Below the pieces are notes generated by a model, which ran no database searches, had not been told where the DNA came from, and was given only the letters and a program-made list of their open reading frames with translations. Below are positions 60,165 through 64,000 of a stretch of 64,000 nucleotides of DNA, piece by piece; within the stretch, counting starts at the first letter, position 1, and each line of letters starts with the position of its first letter. The position numbers and the translations under genes are program-made. The DNA is from Dudresnaya verticillata (taxonomy: Eukaryota), in assembly GCA_977862235.1 (NCBI GenBank), contig OZ374557.1, positions 1,364,001-1,428,000 of the forward strand, in the 5' to 3' direction.

Positions 60165-62824
60165 GCCTTGAGCGCGGGCGACCGTGGTAACGGTGGTGGT
60201 GGCGGAAAGGGTCGTGACCCTGGCCTTGGTGACCGCGACGCTTGCCTTGGCGCATCGATGGGGTGATTCAGACCCGGACGAAATTGAACTTGCCTATTTC
60301 CGCCGGCGCCCGTCCCCATATTCTGACGCGTGCCTGTTGGTGGCCCAATCGCTTGGCCTGTCGAGGCCGGTCCATTTGTGAAGTAGGGAAGTCGCCCCAC
60401 AGTTGACAACCATGCCTTCTGCTCATGCGAGAGCTCTTGGAACTGCCTCCTTTCTAGAGTCTCCAAAGACTGTTCGTCCGTACGCGCCAGGTGAGGGCAA
60501 TTTGTCTTTTTATGGCCGACGCCACAACACTCAAAGCAGATGTCATTTGGTTGGTCCTCGACCGTCTGCCATCCAGGACCCTGCGTCCTTGTTGACTGAG
60601 CCCAGGCTGGAAGCCTATGGTTGTAGTTTTGGATGACCGCATCCACTTCGCCATAATATGGCTGGCCATAGGAGTACTGCCCGGAGGACCAGCTGTCTGA
60701 TTGGGTTGCCGTTGATGGTGGCGCTTCTTCATCTATAGCCGCGACGACGGCATCTTCGTTGTCGTCCTCAGAGTCGCTACTCTTTGAGGATTCGGAGTCA
60801 GATGCTCCCGACCGCCTCGACTGGCGAATGAGCAGTGCCCGACCAGGTTTGTGTGTCCGTACCTTTGCGAGGGTTTTCTTGTGCAGCGCTGAGGTCGCTT
60901 TCTTCGATCGGCCACCACCCACTAGGGCACGATGAGAATCTCCCTGGGCGGTGGCGAGCTCGACATAATCTGCCAAACGGGCAGTCCGTGGGTTCAGAGA
61001 GGTAGTGCTTAACAGCGGTTTCACCGCGGGGAGAAGACCCCTAATAAAGCGTGTTATTACGTCTTGCTCTGTGTCGACCCCAGCGACTCGTCGCGCCTGA
61101 TTTTGCAACCGTCGAGAGAAGTTGACCTCGTCCTCATTCGGTTCTTGTGCCATCGTGTCCATATCAGAGGCGATCCTCTCGATGTAGACGTCTTTCGCAT
61201 ACGTGCGAAGAAGGTAATTGACGGCCTCCACCCACTCGGTGAATCCACCATTATCATCTCCTGCAGCGTCGAAGTTCGCTTGAAACATGTCTTTGGCATC
61301 TTTCTCCAGAAATTCTGGGATGACAAGGATAGCTGCTCCTTCACTAATGTGAGCTTGGTCCAGCTGTCGTTTCAGCGTTGCGAGAAATCCAATAATGGAT
61401 ACTGGGTCACTTCCGTCGAACCGGCGACTTCTCATCACGGTCTTCACCCGTTTTATCTTCTTCGTCGTAGTCTCCGTGACTTCGGGTCCCCGGTAGTCAT
61501 CCAGGTTCAACGACCTATACTTCCTGTACGAGAGTACGGGTATGAAAGCAGGGTTCCTCGGAATCAATTCCTTCAAACCGGAACGCTGGGGTCCCTTCCA
61601 AGAAGACCAGGAGGGTCTGGAGAAAGTTCTTGACTGTGGCGCTTCGTCCTCGGACGGACCTGAGGTAGAGTATGCTTCCTGATGGGGGTCCCCGCAATGT
61701 CGATGGCAAGAATGCCTATCGGGGCGAGAGCGAGGTTGACTCGGTCGGCTACAATTACACCCCCGGTGATTTGGACACCGGGCCATTTCCTCATCGTCTT
61801 GAGATTCGTGGCCTGACCCGTGATGGGGTAACCTTCTGCGACGGTCTCGCGTGCCTCGAGGCACTGGCGAACGACGCCGTATTATCTCAGGGACGACTTC
61901 CCTTTCGCGGTTGAGTCGCAGCATTTGTGCTGCTATCATAGCGACTCGAAGCTTCTCCGCATCGAGCTCCTGTTGGAGGAGCTCGATGCGTCTGTCTTGT
62001 TCAGCACAACGAGTGTTGTCTACACCCAACTGGGCGTCTGAAATAGCCAAAGCGGCTTCTTGTCTTGAACGGTCGGCGTCCGTTGTAACCTGGTCTAATT
62101 CCTGGTGGACCAAGTCTAATTGGTCTCCCAAGGAATCGACCTGGGCTTGTAGGGTCTCGACCCGTTCTTCATCTACTCCTCGAGAGGAGGTTTGTCGACA
62201 TCGAGAATCGATCTCTTCTTGGACCTTTACCAACAATTGATCGCCCCGGCGGGCTGTTGAGTCGTCGAAATAACGCTTCACCCTCGAGAGGGTTTCGTCA
62301 GCTTGACTCTCGAGCAACGCTCGGACGCTCGTGACGAGAGCATTTTCGATGCCCAATTCAACCATCTGGCCTATCTCGAGTTCTGAGAAACACCATTGGT
62401 CGGTCGAATTGGCTTTCGTTCTCATTGGCACCCCTATGTCTGGGGGCAATGATGACTTCGTCACATCTTCTAGGGCCTGTCCGCCCGTCCCGTGCTCGCT
62501 AGCCCGACTGATGGGCGGCGGCGGCATACTAGGGTCAGGAGCCTCATTCGCGCTGTAGTTGGCGGCGCTTGCGGAAGCGGTCCTGACCGTGTTTTCTTCA
62601 TTCGGGACCTGTCCCTTCTCTGGAACAGGTGTTTCCTCATCTCCTGGAACGCCCGCCATTCGGGGCGGGCGTTCCACTTCTCCTACTAAAGGATTTTGGC
62701 CAAGAGCGGCGACGGCCGCACGGGTTCTCGTCCCAATTGTCCTCACGGAGGAAAGACTGCCGGAACGGCTTCCACCACGACTGGTCAATCCCGGTCGGGT
62801 GGTCTCGCCGTTGGAAGTCGGCAT
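60155..62824 (-). CDS. gag: Element B Gag, intact 889 aa (N-terminal coiled coil, capsid-like domain, CCHC knuckle)
   Basis: Uninterrupted ATG-to-TAG ORF. FDGSDP..EAVNYLLRTYA. CFECCGVGHKKTNC. Confidence 0.9.
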   Translation of the reverse strand: MPTSNGETTRPGLTSRGGSRSGSLSSVRTIGTRTRAAVAALGQNPLVGEVERPPRMAGVPGDEETPVPEKGQVPNEENTVRTASASAANYSANEAPDPSMPPPPISRASEHGTGGQALEDVTKSSLPPDIGVPMRTKANSTDQWCFSELEIGQMVELGIENALVTSVRALLESQADETLSRVKRYFDDSTARRGDQLLVKVQEEIDSRCRQTSSRGVDEERVETLQAQVDSLGDQLDLVHQELDQVTTDADRSRQEAALAISDAQLGVDNTRCAEQDRRIELLQQELDAEKLRVAMIAAQMLRLNREREVVPEIIRRRSPVPRGTRDRRRRLPHHGSGHESQDDEEMARCPNHRGCNCSRPSQPRSRPDRHSCHRHCGDPHQEAYSTSGPSEDEAPQSRTFSRPSWSSWKGPQRSGLKELIPRNPAFIPVLSYRKYRSLNLDDYRGPEVTETTTKKIKRVKTVMRSRRFDGSDPVSIIGFLATLKRQLDQAHISEGAAILVIPEFLEKDAKDMFQANFDAAGDDNGGFTEWVEAVNYLLRTYAKDVYIERIASDMDTMAQEPNEDEVNFSRRLQNQARRVAGVDTEQDVITRFIRGLLPAVKPLLSTTSLNPRTARLADYVELATAQGDSHRALVGGGRSKKATSALHKKTLAKVRTHKPGRALLIRQSRRSGASDSESSKSSDSEDDNEDAVVAAIDEEAPPSTATQSDSWSSGQYSYGQPYYGEVDAVIQNYNHRLPAWAQSTRTQGPGWQTVEDQPNDICFECCGVGHKKTNCPHLARTDEQSLETLERRQFQELSHEQKAWLSTVGRLPYFTNGPASTGQAIGPPTGTRQNMGTGAGGNRQVQFRPGLNHPIDAPRQASRSPRPGSRPFPPPPPLPRSPALKAKN

Positions 62825-63293
62825 GTTCAGGTCGGTCTTGTCATCCTAAACGAAGGATATCGGTCCTGTGGTTGCCTGACGGGAAGTTTTTCCAAGTGAG
62901 CAATCTTCTTCAGAACCGTCGTTCTCGGGGTTACGGGCGATTCTGGCCACGCGGTCTTTCCGCAATGCGCGCCCGCACAGCCCGTACAAGGACATAAAAT
63001 TTTGTACAGGTATTACGATAACCTGTTGAGGTTCTCCCGGAAGGAGCGTCAATCCGCGACTAGGATGTGCTCGTTGAACTTAATAAACCGCCGCAGCGGT
63101 AGGGGTGCTTGCACTAGATTTGACGTGACTCCAGCGCTTGATATGAAGCTTAGGGACCGTCGTCACCCGGACGACTAGGGTTTCAACGTCAGGTAGTCGA
63201 ACCTTGAGATCTTGCAGGGAGAAAACTCGATCCTTGAAAATTCCAAAGCGATGGACTGACGTTGAGGTAATAAAGGGAACCGACCCAGAACCG

Positions 63294-63312
63294 ATTCTAG
63301 GTCGGGAGACCA
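63294..63312 (-). promoter_or_regulatory. Primer-binding site of element B (probably tRNA-Tyr)
   Basis: TGGTCTCCCGACCTAGAAT, 1 nt from the LTR end. Confidence 0.8.
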
Positions 63313-63313
63313 C

Positions 63314-63945
63314 TGTAGTAGTATGGCGCGACGAGCCAGTAGCCCGCAAACGGCAATGACAGCTGTCCCGTGAGCGCACACACCCTAACGACGGCAGCTC
63401 AATGGGGAGTTGGTAGAGACTTGAGGGAAAAGGGAAAAAGGCTAGCGTGCCTGAAAGAAAGGGAAAAAAGGGGCGGCGCCACCCTAACACTCGTAGAGTA
63501 CAAAGCCGTACGAGGCTAAAGCTTGTAAAGCACCTGGAAGGGGGAGTACGGTGAGCCCGTGTAGACCAAAGAAAGGGTACAGACCCGAAACCCACCGAAG
63601 GGTTCTATTCAGCAGACCCTTACTAGTCAGGGGCGCAATAAATATGGCGAAGGCCGAAAGCGCCTTCGCCGCTATCCCTATTCTAAGCTATTGAAGTTAG
63701 CGTTAACAAATACAATGAGGTAGTGAGCGGTCGTACTCCGCCCTGCGCACGTAAGGTGCTTATGACTCGGGCGCGCTCCTACGCGTAAGGCCATGGTAAA
63801 TCAGTCAATCACGGCTAGCCATCTCATTGGCGTCATGCTGCTCCCAGCAATGCCATACAGAGTGGCCAGCAATGCATTTAGGCCTTACAGCACACCAGCA
63901 CGTGCAGCGCCTTACAGGCGCATGCCACGCGCAATATTACCCGCG
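63314..63945 (-). repeat. 5' LTR of element B copy 2, truncated
   Basis: Matches 52553 onward up to ...attacccgcg. Confidence 0.9.
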
Positions 63946-64000
63946 ATAGGGCGTTTTCGAAACTTAAGGACCTGGTAACGACATCTCAAGGAGCGGAGAG
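63946..64000 (+). mobile_element. Inverted copy of MULE transposase interior (reverse complement of 23366-23420)
   Basis: atagggcgttttcgaaacttaaggacctggtaacgacatctcaaggagcggagag matches exactly by eye. Confidence 0.92.

Larger units (their letters stand above)
47869..62842. repeat. Segmental duplication copy 2
   Basis: Direct repeat of 1-14974, including the non-TE spacer 2465-4684. Confidence 0.97.
52553..63945 (-). mobile_element. Ty3/gypsy element B, copy 2, nearly full length (outer ~60 bp of the 5' LTR missing)
   Basis: 3' LTR 52553-53244, pol, gag, PBS 63294-63312, 5' LTR 63314-63945. Confidence 0.95.

Overview
This is eukaryotic nuclear DNA, almost entirely nested transposons, probably from a red alga (inferred from a transit-peptide-bearing plastid sigma-70 gene plus chromodomain Ty3/gypsy elements). 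It contains three chromodomain Ty3/gypsy families. A is 45068-50332 with both LTRs and an AACCC TSD, plus a partial copy at 1-2464. B is 4685-14974 and 52553-63945. C is 28688-~40250. Also present are an internally deleted Ty1/copia-type element (~15-18.7 kb), a Mutator-like element with TIRs (22.3-26.6 kb), a DDE_Tnp_4 (Harbinger/ISL2EU-like) transposase relic (42.1-43.2 kb), and one host-type gene, a divergent, frameshifted sigma factor (20052-21172). Bases 1-14974 recur almost identically at 47869-62842. The most unusual items are: (1) an HPD-bearing J-domain plus coiled coil lying directly upstream of, and apparently collinear with, the MULE transposase inside the TIRs; (2) an uninterrupted 551-codon antisense ORF with a C2H2-like finger, TPKA-like repeats and a candidate splice acceptor, downstream of the decayed pol of element C; (3) a sigma factor lacking the promoter-melting WW dyad. 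All family calls are by-eye motif recognition; no searches were run.
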